Part shown: positions 1 to 9,152 of the stretch, one piece after another | Layout: each line of letters starts with the position of its first letter | Numbering within the stretch: the first letter of the stretch is position 1 | Source: Acidimicrobiia bacterium | GTDB lineage: Bacteria; Actinomycetota; Acidimicrobiia; Spongiisociales; Spongiisociaceae | Assembly (NCBI GenBank): GCA_041576165.1 | Contig: JBFGLM010000054.1 | Span: 1-29,149, forward strand | Direction: 5' to 3' | DNA length: 29,149 bases | Position numbers and translations under genes: made by a program | Notes under the pieces: generated by a model | What the model saw: only the letters and a program-made list of their open reading frames with translations | Database searches by the model: none | What the model was told of the DNA's origin: nothing

Positions 1-144
1 AATCTCGGTATCCACCTTGTCGGTCGAGATCTCCACCAGCACCTCGTCCTCGGCCACCGTGTCGCCCACCTGTTTCGCCCACCGGAGAATGGTGCCCTCC
101 GTCACCGTCTCCCCCAACTGGGGCATACTCACCGTGGTCGACAT
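1..144 (-). CDS. 2-oxo-acid dehydrogenase E2 (dihydrolipoamide acyltransferase, SucB/DlaT-like), N-terminal lipoyl domain; runs off the left edge
   Basis: Not in the ORF track. Manual translation from ATG at 144 gives [48 protein letters not shown], with the lipoyl motif STDKV. GGGAGG RBS upstream; directly downstream of lpdA. Confidence 0.92.
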   Translation of the reverse strand, partial: MSTTVSMPQLGETVTEGTILRWAKQVGDTVAEDEVLVEISTDKVDTEI

Positions 145-172
145 GGTTCCCTCCCGGGTGTCTTGACTCGCT

Positions 173-1543
173 TCAGTGCAGGCTACGCCCGGCGCTGGAC
201 AACAGCGTTTCCCCCACCGCCTCGGCCAGCGTCGGATGGGCGTGCACGAATGCGGCGGCTTCCTGCGGCAGGGCCTCCCAGCCGACCGCATACATCAGCT
301 CATGGATCATCTCACCGGCGTGGGGCCCGACGATCGATGCGCCGATGATGGGCCCGTTCTTCTGCGCGACGACCCGAACCATGCCGCGGTTCTGCCCGAT
401 GATCTGCGCTCGCCCGATGCCCACGAACGAGTGGTCATGGACCTCGACGTCCAGTCCAGCTTCGAGGGCCGCTGCCTCACTCATCCCGACCTCGGCCACC
501 TCAGGATGGGTGTATACGACGTTCGGGAGCGCCCGGTAGTCGACGGGCGCCACCTCACCGGTCCCGATGTGGGTGACCGCGGCGATGGCTTCAGCGAAGG
601 CGCCGTGAGCCAGGCCGGGGGTGCCGGCCACGATGTCCCCAACCGCGTAGACGCCGGGTTCTCCAGTCTGCATCGTGTCGAGATCAACCGTCACGAAGCC
701 GCCGTCGACCTGCACCCCGGTACCCTCGAGACCGATTCCCTCCGTCAGCGGCCGGCGCCCAACCGCGACCAGCACCACGTCGACTTCGGTCGTCGCTTCT
801 CCGTGAACGATCCGCACGGCACCGCCGTAGATGGTGGCACCACTGACGGCGGTCGACGTGTGGAACGTGACTCTGCGCCGCCGCAGCTGCTTCTGAAGCT
901 CGCGGGCCGCTGCCACGTCGACACCCGGCAAGATGTCGTCCAGCATCTCAAACACCGTGACTTCAGAGCCGAGGTCGGTCAGCAAGCTGGCGAATTCGCA
1001 TCCGATGATGCCACCGCCGACGATTCCCACCCGCGCCGGTTGGGAACTCCAATCCAGCGCGTGGTCGGAGCTGACGATGTAGACACCGTCGAACTCAAAA
1101 CCGGGAATCGTCGAAGGCGCCGAACCCGTTGCGAGGATGATCGCCCGGCCCTCGAGCTCCCGATGCCCATCGGCACTCTCGACCGACACGCGACCCGGGC
1201 CCGCCAGGCGGCCGAACCCGTCGATGATGTCAACCTTGCGTGCTTTCAGCAGGCCGGAAAGGCCCTTGACCAGACCGTCGACGATCTGGTTCTTGCGCGC
1301 CAGGCCCGCCGACCAGTCAAACTTCGGCTCGTCGACAACCACCCCGAACTGGCCCGACTGCTTCACCGTCGTGTACACCTCGGCGGACTGCAGCCACGTC
1401 TTGGCGGGGATGCAGCCTCGGATCAGGCAGGTGCCGCCCACCCGTTCCTTCTCGACGATGGCGACCGAAAGATCGAAGTTGTGTGCGTACAGCGCCGCGG
1501 CGTAGCCGCCGGGCCCGCCGCCGATGATGACAATGTCGTACAC
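173..1543 (-). CDS. lpdA: Dihydrolipoyl dehydrogenase (E3)
   Basis: FAD motif IIGGGPGG, redox disulfide [14 protein letters not shown] motif VGGGIIG, C-terminal [16 protein letters not shown] before GTG. Confidence 0.96.
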   Translation of the reverse strand: MYDIVIIGGGPGGYAAALYAHNFDLSVAIVEKERVGGTCLIRGCIPAKTWLQSAEVYTTVKQSGQFGVVVDEPKFDWSAGLARKNQIVDGLVKGLSGLLKARKVDIIDGFGRLAGPGRVSVESADGHRELEGRAIILATGSAPSTIPGFEFDGVYIVSSDHALDWSSQPARVGIVGGGIIGCEFASLLTDLGSEVTVFEMLDDILPGVDVAAARELQKQLRRRRVTFHTSTAVSGATIYGGAVRIVHGEATTEVDVVLVAVGRRPLTEGIGLEGTGVQVDGGFVTVDLDTMQTGEPGVYAVGDIVAGTPGLAHGAFAEAIAAVTHIGTGEVAPVDYRALPNVVYTHPEVAEVGMSEAAALEAGLDVEVHDHSFVGIGRAQIIGQNRGMVRVVAQKNGPIIGASIVGPHAGEMIHELMYAVGWEALPQEAAAFVHAHPTLAEAVGETLLSSAGRSLH

Positions 1544-1572
1544 AGATCCTCCGAGTCAGGGAGCGGAGGGCA

Positions 1573-1710
1573 AGCCTAGTGCGGTCGCCCACGGCTCCGG
1601 CAGGCCGACCTCTCCCGCGAACCGCGGTCAAACCCGCCTCCAGGAGTCGATGGAGCGCTTGATCCGCTCCCCCAACCGGTATGCCCATGTCGCGCAGCCG
1701 CAACTAGGCT
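1573..1710. promoter_or_regulatory. Putative divergent promoters with identical TAGGCT -10 hexamers (minus 1573-1578 toward lpdA; plus 1705-1710 toward small ORF/GT2)
   Basis: CCGCACTAGGCT on the minus strand and CCGCAACTAGGCT on the plus strand; both fit the actinobacterial TANNNT -10. Confidence 0.45.
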
Positions 1711-1720
1711 GAATGACCAG

Positions 1721-1813
1721 GTGCAGACCCGTTACCTCATCATTGCATCCCTGATCACGGCGCTGGCGATACTCGCCGCCTCTGCCGTCTGGTTCATAAT
1801 GGTCTTCGCCTGA
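1721..1813 (+). CDS. Small 30-aa single-transmembrane peptide
   Basis: Below the track cutoff. GTG..TGA gives MQTRYLIIASLITALAILAASAVWFIMVFA, with a 25-residue uncharged hydrophobic stretch. Ends 20 nt before the GT2 start. Confidence 0.55.
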   Translation: MQTRYLIIASLITALAILAASAVWFIMVFA

Positions 1814-1833
1814 AAGAGCATCGGTTCTCCGCT

Positions 1834-2757
1834 ATGTCTCGGATCGTTGTTGGTCTTCCTGTCTACAACGGGGATAACTACCTCGTCGACGCCATAGACG
1901 CGCTCCTAGCCCAGACGTTCTCCGACTTTGTGCTGGTCATCTCCGACAACGCTTCGACGGATTCGACAGCTGACCTGTGCCGCACCTATGCGGACCGTGA
2001 CTCGCGGGTGATCTATCTCCGCCAACGGACCAACCTCGGCGCCGCCCCCAACTACAACGCCGTCCTCGAGGCTGCACCGCCGTCGGACTACTTCGTGTGG
2101 GTGGCCCACGACGACCTGGCCGCCGCCGAATTCCTCGAGCGCTGCGTGGCGGCGCTCGACGCTTCCCCCGATTCGACCCTGGCGTTTCCTCGCATGATGG
2201 ACATCAATGAAGAGGGGGAGCCGATCGGACTCGCTCCGCCGCGGCCCGACCTGACCGATCCCGATCCGGCCGTGCGGTTCGCCGGCGTGATCAACCAGCG
2301 GCATCGCAACGATCCGATCTTCGGCGTGATCCGTCGCTCGGTCCTGACCACGGCCGAGCCCCACGGCTCGTACAGCGGCAGCGACCGAGCGTTGTTGGCC
2401 GAGCTGGCGCTGCACGGTCCTTTCATCGAGCTCGCTGATCCGCTTTTCTCCATCCGCCAGCACTCCGGCCGCTCCGTGCGACTCGGGCGCAGCCGGTGGG
2501 ATTCGCACATTCGCGAGGCTTGGTTCGACACATCGCGCGCCAACAAGATCGTGTTTCCCAAGTGGCGTCGAGCGGCTGCCTACGTCGGAGCGATCCAGCG
2601 GGCCCGCAGCCTGACGTTGCGCGATCGGCTCCGCTGCTACGGCGAGCTGCTCCGCTGGTTGGGCGATCGCAACTGGAAGGCCCTCATGCTGGACGTGGTG
2701 ATCGCAGCCGGCACCCTCTGGCGCCGCAGCGGCCGGCGAACCTCCCGCCGCCGGTAG
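1834..2757 (+). CDS. Glycosyltransferase family 2
   Basis: GLPVYNG, ISDNASTD, NLGAAPNYN and DxD-like AHDD motifs. Confidence 0.92.
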   Translation: MSRIVVGLPVYNGDNYLVDAIDALLAQTFSDFVLVISDNASTDSTADLCRTYADRDSRVIYLRQRTNLGAAPNYNAVLEAAPPSDYFVWVAHDDLAAAEFLERCVAALDASPDSTLAFPRMMDINEEGEPIGLAPPRPDLTDPDPAVRFAGVINQRHRNDPIFGVIRRSVLTTAEPHGSYSGSDRALLAELALHGPFIELADPLFSIRQHSGRSVRLGRSRWDSHIREAWFDTSRANKIVFPKWRRAAAYVGAIQRARSLTLRDRLRCYGELLRWLGDRNWKALMLDVVIAAGTLWRRSGRRTSRRR

Positions 2758-2760
2758 CGC

Positions 2761-3897
2761 TCAGACCAGTGCAACGAGGTCGGCCTCCACGCGCCGCTCT
2801 TGGAGCATGGCACGGATTTCCTGCGCGTAGATCGGGTTCATCACCACGACCAGATCCGGCTCGATAGCCGCCAGATCATCCGGGCCTATCACCGGGACCC
2901 CGGAGCCGGCCAGGTACGAGCCGTGTTTGTGCGGGTTGATGTCGACCGCGTGCGTCACGCCCGGTACGGAGGCCATGAAGCCCACCGCTTTGGACGACGC
3001 GCCCCAAACGACCGGCCGCCGCGCCCCCTCGATCATCCCGGCCCACACCGAGGCTCGTTCCGCCACCCGGGAGGCGAACGTTGAGACCACATCAGCCACG
3101 TCGCCCGCCATAGCTGGTACTTCCAGCCTGCCGGCTGGATCGCTCCCGGCTTCGATGATGATGTACTGGTCGTCGAACGCCAGCCAGACGTGTCGAGGAT
3201 GCAGGCCGAAGCGCCGGAACAGGTCGATGACCGACGCCGGTGTGAAGTAGGTCGAATGTTCGTAGTACACATCCCAGAAGGCTCCGCCGGCCAGTATCCG
3301 ATACGACTCAGGCACCTCGAACACCACCACCGACCCGGGGGTGCGGGCGGCGGCCCGTTGGGTCGCCTCCACGAACGACGGCAGGTCGCGTATATGTTCC
3401 AGCGTGTGGCGACAAACGATCAGATCACCCGTGACGGCGCTATTCGGGGTGAACAGTTCTCGCCGGACCTCGATGCGGTCATCCATCCCGCATGGCAGCC
3501 GACCCGGTACGTGGGCCGGGTCGAGACCGAGCCCGGTGCCACCCGTGCGCTCCACCATCAGCGCCAGGAAATCACCGTCGCCGCAGCCCGGTTCGAGGAT
3601 CCGGGCCGCCTCCAGGCCGTAACGTTCGATCAGTCCGTCCGCCAGCCGGTGGGCGAAAGCGGTGAAGGTGGGGCTGAAACTCTGAGATGCCTCGTAACCC
3701 GAGGCATAGTCGAGCAGCGACTCGTCGAAGGCGTCGTTCTGGACGAGCCCGCAGTTGCTGCAATGAGAGAGCCGCAGCTCACCGGTCGGGTAGTCCAGGG
3801 CGGCTTCCGGCGTACTGAGCAAAACACATGATCCGGCCGGCACGGCGTCAACCCGGTAGAAGACCGAGGTCGGCTGCTCGCAGGCCCAACAGCTCAT
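2761..3897 (-). CDS. Class I SAM-dependent methyltransferase, NDP-sugar C-methyltransferase-like, with N-terminal Zn-binding motifs
   Basis: CWAC...CSNC, SAM motif LEPGCGDG, RHTLEH, YYEHSTYF, C-terminal WGASSKA. ATGA overlap with the upstream gene. Confidence 0.85.
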   Translation of the reverse strand: MSCWACEQPTSVFYRVDAVPAGSCVLLSTPEAALDYPTGELRLSHCSNCGLVQNDAFDESLLDYASGYEASQSFSPTFTAFAHRLADGLIERYGLEAARILEPGCGDGDFLALMVERTGGTGLGLDPAHVPGRLPCGMDDRIEVRRELFTPNSAVTGDLIVCRHTLEHIRDLPSFVEATQRAAARTPGSVVVFEVPESYRILAGGAFWDVYYEHSTYFTPASVIDLFRRFGLHPRHVWLAFDDQYIIIEAGSDPAGRLEVPAMAGDVADVVSTFASRVAERASVWAGMIEGARRPVVWGASSKAVGFMASVPGVTHAVDINPHKHGSYLAGSGVPVIGPDDLAAIEPDLVVVMNPIYAQEIRAMLQERRVEADLVALV

Positions 3898-4535
3898 CCG
3901 AGCAGCAGTTTCCGAGCCACGAAACCTTCAGCCAGCAACTCCGGCGCCCGGGCCTCCACCCCCCGCAGGCGTAGCGGAGCGCGCAAAACATCCTCAGTCA
4001 TCCAGAACTTCGAACGCTGGGTGGCATACACGTCGAGGATGCCATCGATCTTGGCACCGGCGTCGGCCTCGGTCAGCGGGACGTATACGTTGCAGGTCCC
4101 GAGGTCGCCGTCGTACTTGGGGATTTCGTACTCGAGGATCAGCTGGTCGCGGAACAGCTGCCACGTGAGATCCGATAGGTGCGAATGATCCTGATGGCGG
4201 TCGTCCCGGCGATGGGTGAACACCACATCCGGCACCAGCGCCTCGACCGCCTCGCTCAGCCGGCTTTTCGGATCCTGCGTCGAGTACGGCAGGAACCCGT
4301 CCTGTAACCCCAGCACCTGAACCGACACGCCGGGCCCGCAGAAACGTTCGGCGGCGGCGTTCGCCTCGGCCGCCCGTTCGCCGGTGCCGGTCATGACTAC
4401 GACAGAAAACTCGATGCCGGGATAGGTGCGGTGCAGCCGGTAGATGGTTCCCCCGCACCCGATCTCGACGTCATCAGGATGGGCCCCCAGACACAGTACC
4501 GAGCGAACTGAAGCGAATGCCTCGACCGACAGCAT
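3894..4535 (-). CDS. PIG-L/LmbE family deacetylase
   Basis: AHPDD and HQDH metal motifs. Start moved to ATG at 4535 (MLSVEAF), 4 nt after the rfbF stop. Confidence 0.88.
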   Translation of the reverse strand: MLSVEAFASVRSVLCLGAHPDDVEIGCGGTIYRLHRTYPGIEFSVVVMTGTGERAAEANAAAERFCGPGVSVQVLGLQDGFLPYSTQDPKSRLSEAVEALVPDVVFTHRRDDRHQDHSHLSDLTWQLFRDQLILEYEIPKYDGDLGTCNVYVPLTEADAGAKIDGILDVYATQRSKFWMTEDVLRAPLRLRGVEARAPELLAEGFVARKLLLG

Positions 4536-4539
4536 CCTG

Positions 4540-5325
4540 CTAGCGGCTTTCAGGCTTCCAGAGTTCCCACGGCCCGTGGCCCGACGCCACCAGGTCATCA
4601 AGCCTCTGCTTGTCCTTGAAGGTGTCCATCGGCGCCCAGAAGCCGTTGAAACGCTCGGCCCGCAACGCCCCCTGCTTCAACAGCCGTTGGAAGGGCTCGA
4701 TGACGAGTTCTTCGCCGGGGTTCAGGTGGTCGAATATCTCCTGGCGCAGAACGAAGTAGCCGCCGTTGATCCAGAACTCGGAGGCTGAGATCGGTGCAAT
4801 GTCCTGGACCAGCCCGTCGTCACCTGGGTCGACCAGGTGATACGTGAGCGGCGGCTGCACGGCGAGGAACTTGGCGATGCCCCCCGACGCCGCAAACTCA
4901 TCGATGTACGTGTTGAGGTTGAGGTCCGTGAGGCCGTCGCTGTAGTTGGCCAGGAACATCTCGTCATCCTGGACGTAGCGCCGGACGGCGAGAAGCCGCT
5001 CCCCGAGGTTCGCGTCCATCCCCGTGTCCACAAACCGGATCGTCCAGTCGTCGATGTCGGAGGAGACCAACTCGATCCGGCGCCCGCCGTCGTACATCGT
5101 GAAATCGTTCGAGACCGCCTCGTTGTACGTGAGAAAGAAGTTCTTGATCACGTCGGCCCGGTAGCCGAGGCACAGAATGAACTCCTTGTGGCCGAAGTGG
5201 GCGTAGTACTTCATCACGTGCCACAGGATCGGACGGTTGCCGACCGGCACCATTGGTTTGGGAATGTCTTCGGCGTAATCGCGAATCCGCATCCCCCGCC
5301 CGCCGCAGAACAGCACGACCTTCAT
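4540..5325 (-). CDS. rfbF: Glucose-1-phosphate cytidylyltransferase-like nucleotidyltransferase
   Basis: [43 protein letters not shown]. Start at ATG 5325 overlaps the upstream stop (ATGA). Confidence 0.88.
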   Translation of the reverse strand: MKVVLFCGGRGMRIRDYAEDIPKPMVPVGNRPILWHVMKYYAHFGHKEFILCLGYRADVIKNFFLTYNEAVSNDFTMYDGGRRIELVSSDIDDWTIRFVDTGMDANLGERLLAVRRYVQDDEMFLANYSDGLTDLNLNTYIDEFAASGGIAKFLAVQPPLTYHLVDPGDDGLVQDIAPISASEFWINGGYFVLRQEIFDHLNPGEELVIEPFQRLLKQGALRAERFNGFWAPMDTFKDKQRLDDLVASGHGPWELWKPESR

Positions 5326-6611
5326 CTTGTCCCTCTCGGTGGATCGAAGACTTCGAGATTCGGGATCGGCACCACGAAGCGGCCGCCCCATTCGCTGATA
5401 CCGGCCATCTGGCGCGCGATCTCGGACCGCAGGTTCCAGGGCAGTATCAGCACATAGTCGGGTTTCGTCTCGAAAATCCGTTCGGGTGTGTAGACGGGAA
5501 TGTGGGTACCGGGAAGATAGCGGCCGTGTTTGGCGGGGCTGCGATCCACCGTGTAGTCGAGCAGGTCGGTGCGAATCCCGCAGTAGTTCAGCAGCGTGTT
5601 GCCTTTGCCCGGTGCTCCGTAGCCGACGACCGTTTCGCCCTGGTTACGCGCCTCTATCAAGAACGCGAGGAGCTGGCGTTTCAAGCGCTCCACCTGGCGG
5701 CCGAAATCGGCGTAGGTTCGAAGGTCGTCCACGCCAAGCCGGCGTTCCCGTTCGAGCATTGCCGTGACACGTGCGGTCACGGGTTTCGACGCGTCCGCAG
5801 CGTGCCGGCCGAAGATCCGCAGGGAGCCCCCATGCGTCGGAAGCTCCTCAACGTCCCAAAGCGTCAGACCGTGGGCCGCAAACACCCGTGATGCGGTGGT
5901 GAAAGAGAAGTACGAGAAGTGCTCGTGGTAGATCGTGTCAAACTGGTTCTCGGAGATAAGCGCGAACAAGTGCGGAAACTCGATGGTTATGACCCCATCG
6001 GGAGCCAGCAGCGATTTCATACCCGCCACGAATCCGTTCAGGTCCGGCACCTGGGCCAGCACGTTGTTGCCCAGCAGCAGGTCGGCTTGAAGGCCATCGC
6101 TCCGCAGCCGGCGGCCGAGCTCTGCATCGAAGAACTCGATCATCGTCTTGATGCCGCGGTTGCGGGCCACCTCGGCCACGTTGGCGGCGGGCTCGATTCC
6201 CAATACGGGAACACCGGCGGCCCTGAAGTACTGCAGCAGGTAGCCGTCGTTACTCGCCAGCTCGACGACCTGGCTTGAGGAACCCAGGTTGAAGCGGCTG
6301 ATCATCTCCTCGACATACCGGCGGGCATGGTCCAGCCAGCTGTCGCTGTAGGACGAGAAATAGTTGTAATCGGAGAAGATCTCCGCCGGGCTGACGAACT
6401 CCTCGAGTTGGACGAGTGAGCAGGACCCGCAAACGAACACCCGCAGCGGATAGAACGGCTCCATCTGGTTGAGCTGCGTCCGATCGAGCATGGTCTGGCA
6501 CAACGGCGACTTCCCGAGGTCGACCATCACGAAACTCAGCGCCTGCCCGCAAAGACGGCACGTCGGGTCCACCAGCCGCTCCAAGTGTTCGGCCGATTCG
6601 GTCGTCGTCAC
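5322..6611 (-). CDS. NDP-hexose C-3 methyltransferase (TcaB9/KijD1-like)
   Basis: CRLC...CGSC Zn site, [21 protein letters not shown] and GYGAPGKG motifs typical of sugar C-methyltransferases. Confidence 0.9.
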   Translation of the reverse strand: MTTTESAEHLERLVDPTCRLCGQALSFVMVDLGKSPLCQTMLDRTQLNQMEPFYPLRVFVCGSCSLVQLEEFVSPAEIFSDYNYFSSYSDSWLDHARRYVEEMISRFNLGSSSQVVELASNDGYLLQYFRAAGVPVLGIEPAANVAEVARNRGIKTMIEFFDAELGRRLRSDGLQADLLLGNNVLAQVPDLNGFVAGMKSLLAPDGVITIEFPHLFALISENQFDTIYHEHFSYFSFTTASRVFAAHGLTLWDVEELPTHGGSLRIFGRHAADASKPVTARVTAMLERERRLGVDDLRTYADFGRQVERLKRQLLAFLIEARNQGETVVGYGAPGKGNTLLNYCGIRTDLLDYTVDRSPAKHGRYLPGTHIPVYTPERIFETKPDYVLILPWNLRSEIARQMAGISEWGGRFVVPIPNLEVFDPPRGTR

Positions 6612-7642
6612 GCCGGGCCGTCCGATGACCAGCAGAGGTTCGAGTCGAGTAGCCCCGCGTCCAACAGTGTGCGGATGCGTTTGATCCGCAGGTACAGATC
6701 ACCATTGAAATCTTCGGCCGTCAGCCCAGCGTCCAGGAAGGCCGCGGCCACCTGCTTGGCACCAGTTTCCACCGTCCACATGGGGCGGAACGAGGGCAAC
6801 AAGCCGGCCGCCTTGGAGAAATCCACCTTGTAGTCCCGGATGTCAGGCTCACCACCCTCGGCGAACGTGACTTCGCTGGCCGGCACTGCCGCCGCCACCA
6901 TCTGTGCGACGTCGCGTATCTGATAGTTCTCGCCCGTCCGTCCGATGTTCAGCGCCTGATTGTGCACCGTCTCCCGGGGCGCGTGGATGGCGGCAACGAA
7001 CGCCGCGGCGATGTCCTCGACGTGGACCAGGGGGCGCCAGGGCGAACCATCCGACAGGATCCTGACATGTCCGGTGGTGACGGCCCAGCCGGTCAGGTTG
7101 TTGACGACAACGTCGTTTCGCAGTTGAGGCGACATCCCGTAGGCGGTGGCGTTGCGCAGATACACCGGGGTGAAATCGTCGTCCGCCAGCGCCGCGATGT
7201 CGCGCTCGGCGAGGACTTTGGACTCGCCGTAGGGCGTAACCGGGCGCATCGGAGCAGATTCGTCCACCAACCCATTGGCCTTCCCGTAGAGGCTGCAGGA
7301 CGAAGAGAACACGAACCTGCCGACCCCGGCGGCCTTCGCTGCTTCAGCGGTCCGCACGGCAGCCCGGTAGTTGACGTCGTACGTGATCTCTGGGTTCAGG
7401 TCACCGAGCGGATCGTTGGAGAGCGCCGCCAGGTGTGCGACTGCGTCTATGCCATCGAGGTCGGCAGGCGTAATGGCGCGTATGTCTTTGCGCACGGCCG
7501 CGATCGACGGCTGTCCCGGCGGGAACGTGCACCCGTCGAAAAAGGCCATGTCGAATCCGGTGACAGAATGGCCGGCGTCAACCAGCATTGGCACGAGGAC
7601 CGCGCCAATGTAGCCCTGATGTCCGGTCACGAGGACCCGCAT
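6608..7642 (-). CDS. NAD-dependent epimerase/dehydratase (extended SDR)
   Basis: [25 protein letters not shown], catalytic [19 protein letters not shown]. Start taken at ATG 7642. Confidence 0.92.
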   Translation of the reverse strand: MRVLVTGHQGYIGAVLVPMLVDAGHSVTGFDMAFFDGCTFPPGQPSIAAVRKDIRAITPADLDGIDAVAHLAALSNDPLGDLNPEITYDVNYRAAVRTAEAAKAAGVGRFVFSSSCSLYGKANGLVDESAPMRPVTPYGESKVLAERDIAALADDDFTPVYLRNATAYGMSPQLRNDVVVNNLTGWAVTTGHVRILSDGSPWRPLVHVEDIAAAFVAAIHAPRETVHNQALNIGRTGENYQIRDVAQMVAAAVPASEVTFAEGGEPDIRDYKVDFSKAAGLLPSFRPMWTVETGAKQVAAAFLDAGLTAEDFNGDLYLRIKRIRTLLDAGLLDSNLCWSSDGPA

Positions 7643-7857
7643 ATACCAATCCTGCAAGCCTGTCTGATGTCATCACGAGGCGCCGGCTGCGGCGGTCGCG
7701 GGGGTGTAGTAGAAACGACCCCAGCTGGGCGTCGCTCCGATTCACCCCCAAATCGCCCCGGCAGACGCGCGCCAGCCACGATGCTACCGCGCACCATGTA
7801 GCAAGGCCAGCGAGTCCGCTCCGAGCCTGTACCCTCTCGCCGATCCAGGAGGACCCG

Positions 7858-8073
7858 ATGCAGATCACCAAAGATGTCCGTTTGAGCGGCGAATCGGCCA
7901 CCTCGATCGAGGCAGCCATCTCTAGCGTGCTCGATCGGGCTACCACCTCATTGCGCGGCGTTCAGGCCTATCAGGTCGTGACAGTCGGCGGCCGGCTGGT
8001 CGACGGCACCTGGGTGCACGTCGTCACGGTCGACGTGACATTTGCCGTCAAGGATCCGACCACCCACGGATGA
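7858..8073 (+). CDS. Dodecin-family protein (degenerate flavin site)
   Basis: Start at ATG 7858 after an AGGAGG RBS, 71 aa. K-x-V-x-L-x-G-x-S-x-x-S-I-E-A-A-I...A-x-x-S-L-R...V-T-F pattern of dodecins. TACCCT -10 candidate upstream. Confidence 0.75.
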   Translation: MQITKDVRLSGESATSIEAAISSVLDRATTSLRGVQAYQVVTVGGRLVDGTWVHVVTVDVTFAVKDPTTHG

Positions 8074-9062
8074 GCGATCCGGTCATCGCTCGCCATGGCC
8101 CCGGGGTCGCTCGCATCGAAGTGCCGCTGCCGCTCGTTGGGTTGCCGTTCGTGAACGTCTACGTCATCGAAGGCGACGACGGGGTGACCCTCATCGACTG
8201 TGGGACGGCCACAGTCGAGGGGTATGAGGCCATTGGCATGGGGTTATCGATGCTGGGCCACACCTTCGGGGACATCCGCCAGGTTGTGGGCACCCATTTG
8301 CACGTCGATCACATGGCCCTGGCCGGACGCTTGGTCGCAGAAACCGGATGCGAGTTCGTCATGCACCGAGTGGCCGAACAGCGGCTCGAACGCTACAACG
8401 ACTGGTCAATTGGCTTCAGCCAGCTGCAGCGTTTGGCGGAGCTGCACGGTGCCTCCCCAGACGAGCTCGCCGCCTTGGGAACACTCACCACGAGGCCAGA
8501 TTGGGCCGCAACGGGGATCCCCCCGACGGCTCCCGTCGAGGACGGGACGAGCGTTGCGGTCAACCGCCACCGGTCGCTGACGATCGTCCACACCCCCGGG
8601 CACGACCCCGCTCACATTTGTCTCGTTGATTCCGAAACCGGTCTCGTGTTCTCAGGTGACCACGTGCTGCCGCGCATCACGCCGGTCGTCTTGGTGTCCT
8701 CTGACGGCAGCGATGTGCTCGCCCAATACTTCGAATCGCTCCGTCGGATCATCGAGCTCGAAGCTCGTACGACGCTGCCCGCGCACGGCCCGGTCATACC
8801 TCGCGGCAGCGAGCGAGCCCGCCAGATCCTGCTCCACCACCGCAGACGGCTGGACGACATCCTCCACTTGACGGCGCGCCAGCCCATGTCGGGCTGGGCG
8901 CTCATGCAAGCGATGTTTCGACCCAATCTGGACGTTTTCCATCAGCGTCTCGCCTTTGGGGAAGTCCTGGCCCATACCCAGCATCTGCTCGCCACCGGCC
9001 GGCTGACCGAACTGGAAGTCGACGAGATAGTCACCTACCGGTCCGCCGAGCCGATCAGCTGA
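8070..9062 (+). CDS. MBL-fold metallo-hydrolase with C-terminal extension
   Basis: LIDCG, THLHVDH (HxHxDH), HTPGH, FSGDH and PAHG motifs. ATGA-coupled to the dodecin. Confidence 0.92.
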   Translation: MSDPVIARHGPGVARIEVPLPLVGLPFVNVYVIEGDDGVTLIDCGTATVEGYEAIGMGLSMLGHTFGDIRQVVGTHLHVDHMALAGRLVAETGCEFVMHRVAEQRLERYNDWSIGFSQLQRLAELHGASPDELAALGTLTTRPDWAATGIPPTAPVEDGTSVAVNRHRSLTIVHTPGHDPAHICLVDSETGLVFSGDHVLPRITPVVLVSSDGSDVLAQYFESLRRIIELEARTTLPAHGPVIPRGSERARQILLHHRRRLDDILHLTARQPMSGWALMQAMFRPNLDVFHQRLAFGEVLAHTQHLLATGRLTELEVDEIVTYRSAEPIS

Positions 9063-9100
9063 CCCCGGACGGCGGGCCTCCGACGCCGCGGCCCTGCATC

Positions 9101-9126
9101 CTATAAAATATCGGTCTATAAAATAT
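9101..9126 (+). promoter_or_regulatory. Perfect AT-rich direct repeat CTATAAAATAT x2 (15-nt period) upstream of the LLM-lactonase pair
   Basis: 9101-9111 and 9116-9126 are identical and each contains TAAAAT. Conspicuous in a GC-rich background. Confidence 0.7.
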
Positions 9127-9152
9127 GCGATCGTGGTGGAGGGAGATAGCCG

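Noticed and set aside
176-1579. 467-aa plus-strand ORF
   Set aside because: Antisense shadow of lpdA; such open antisense frames are expected with high-GC codon bias, and it has no motifs.
1650-1712. 20-aa ORF MERLIRSPNRYAHVAQPQLG after CAGGAG
   Set aside because: RBS spacing is only 3 nt, it overlaps the -10 candidate and has no distinguishing features.
7701-7722. GTTTCTAC on the minus strand resembling a purine riboswitch core or Cas12a repeat
   Set aside because: Other conserved riboswitch elements are absent; single copy, with no array or cas genes.
7781-7792. ops/JUMPstart-like GCGGTAG on the minus strand upstream of the sugar operon
   Set aside because: Incomplete match to GGCGGTAGnnTG, likely by chance in GC-rich DNA, and RfaH control is not expected in this lineage.
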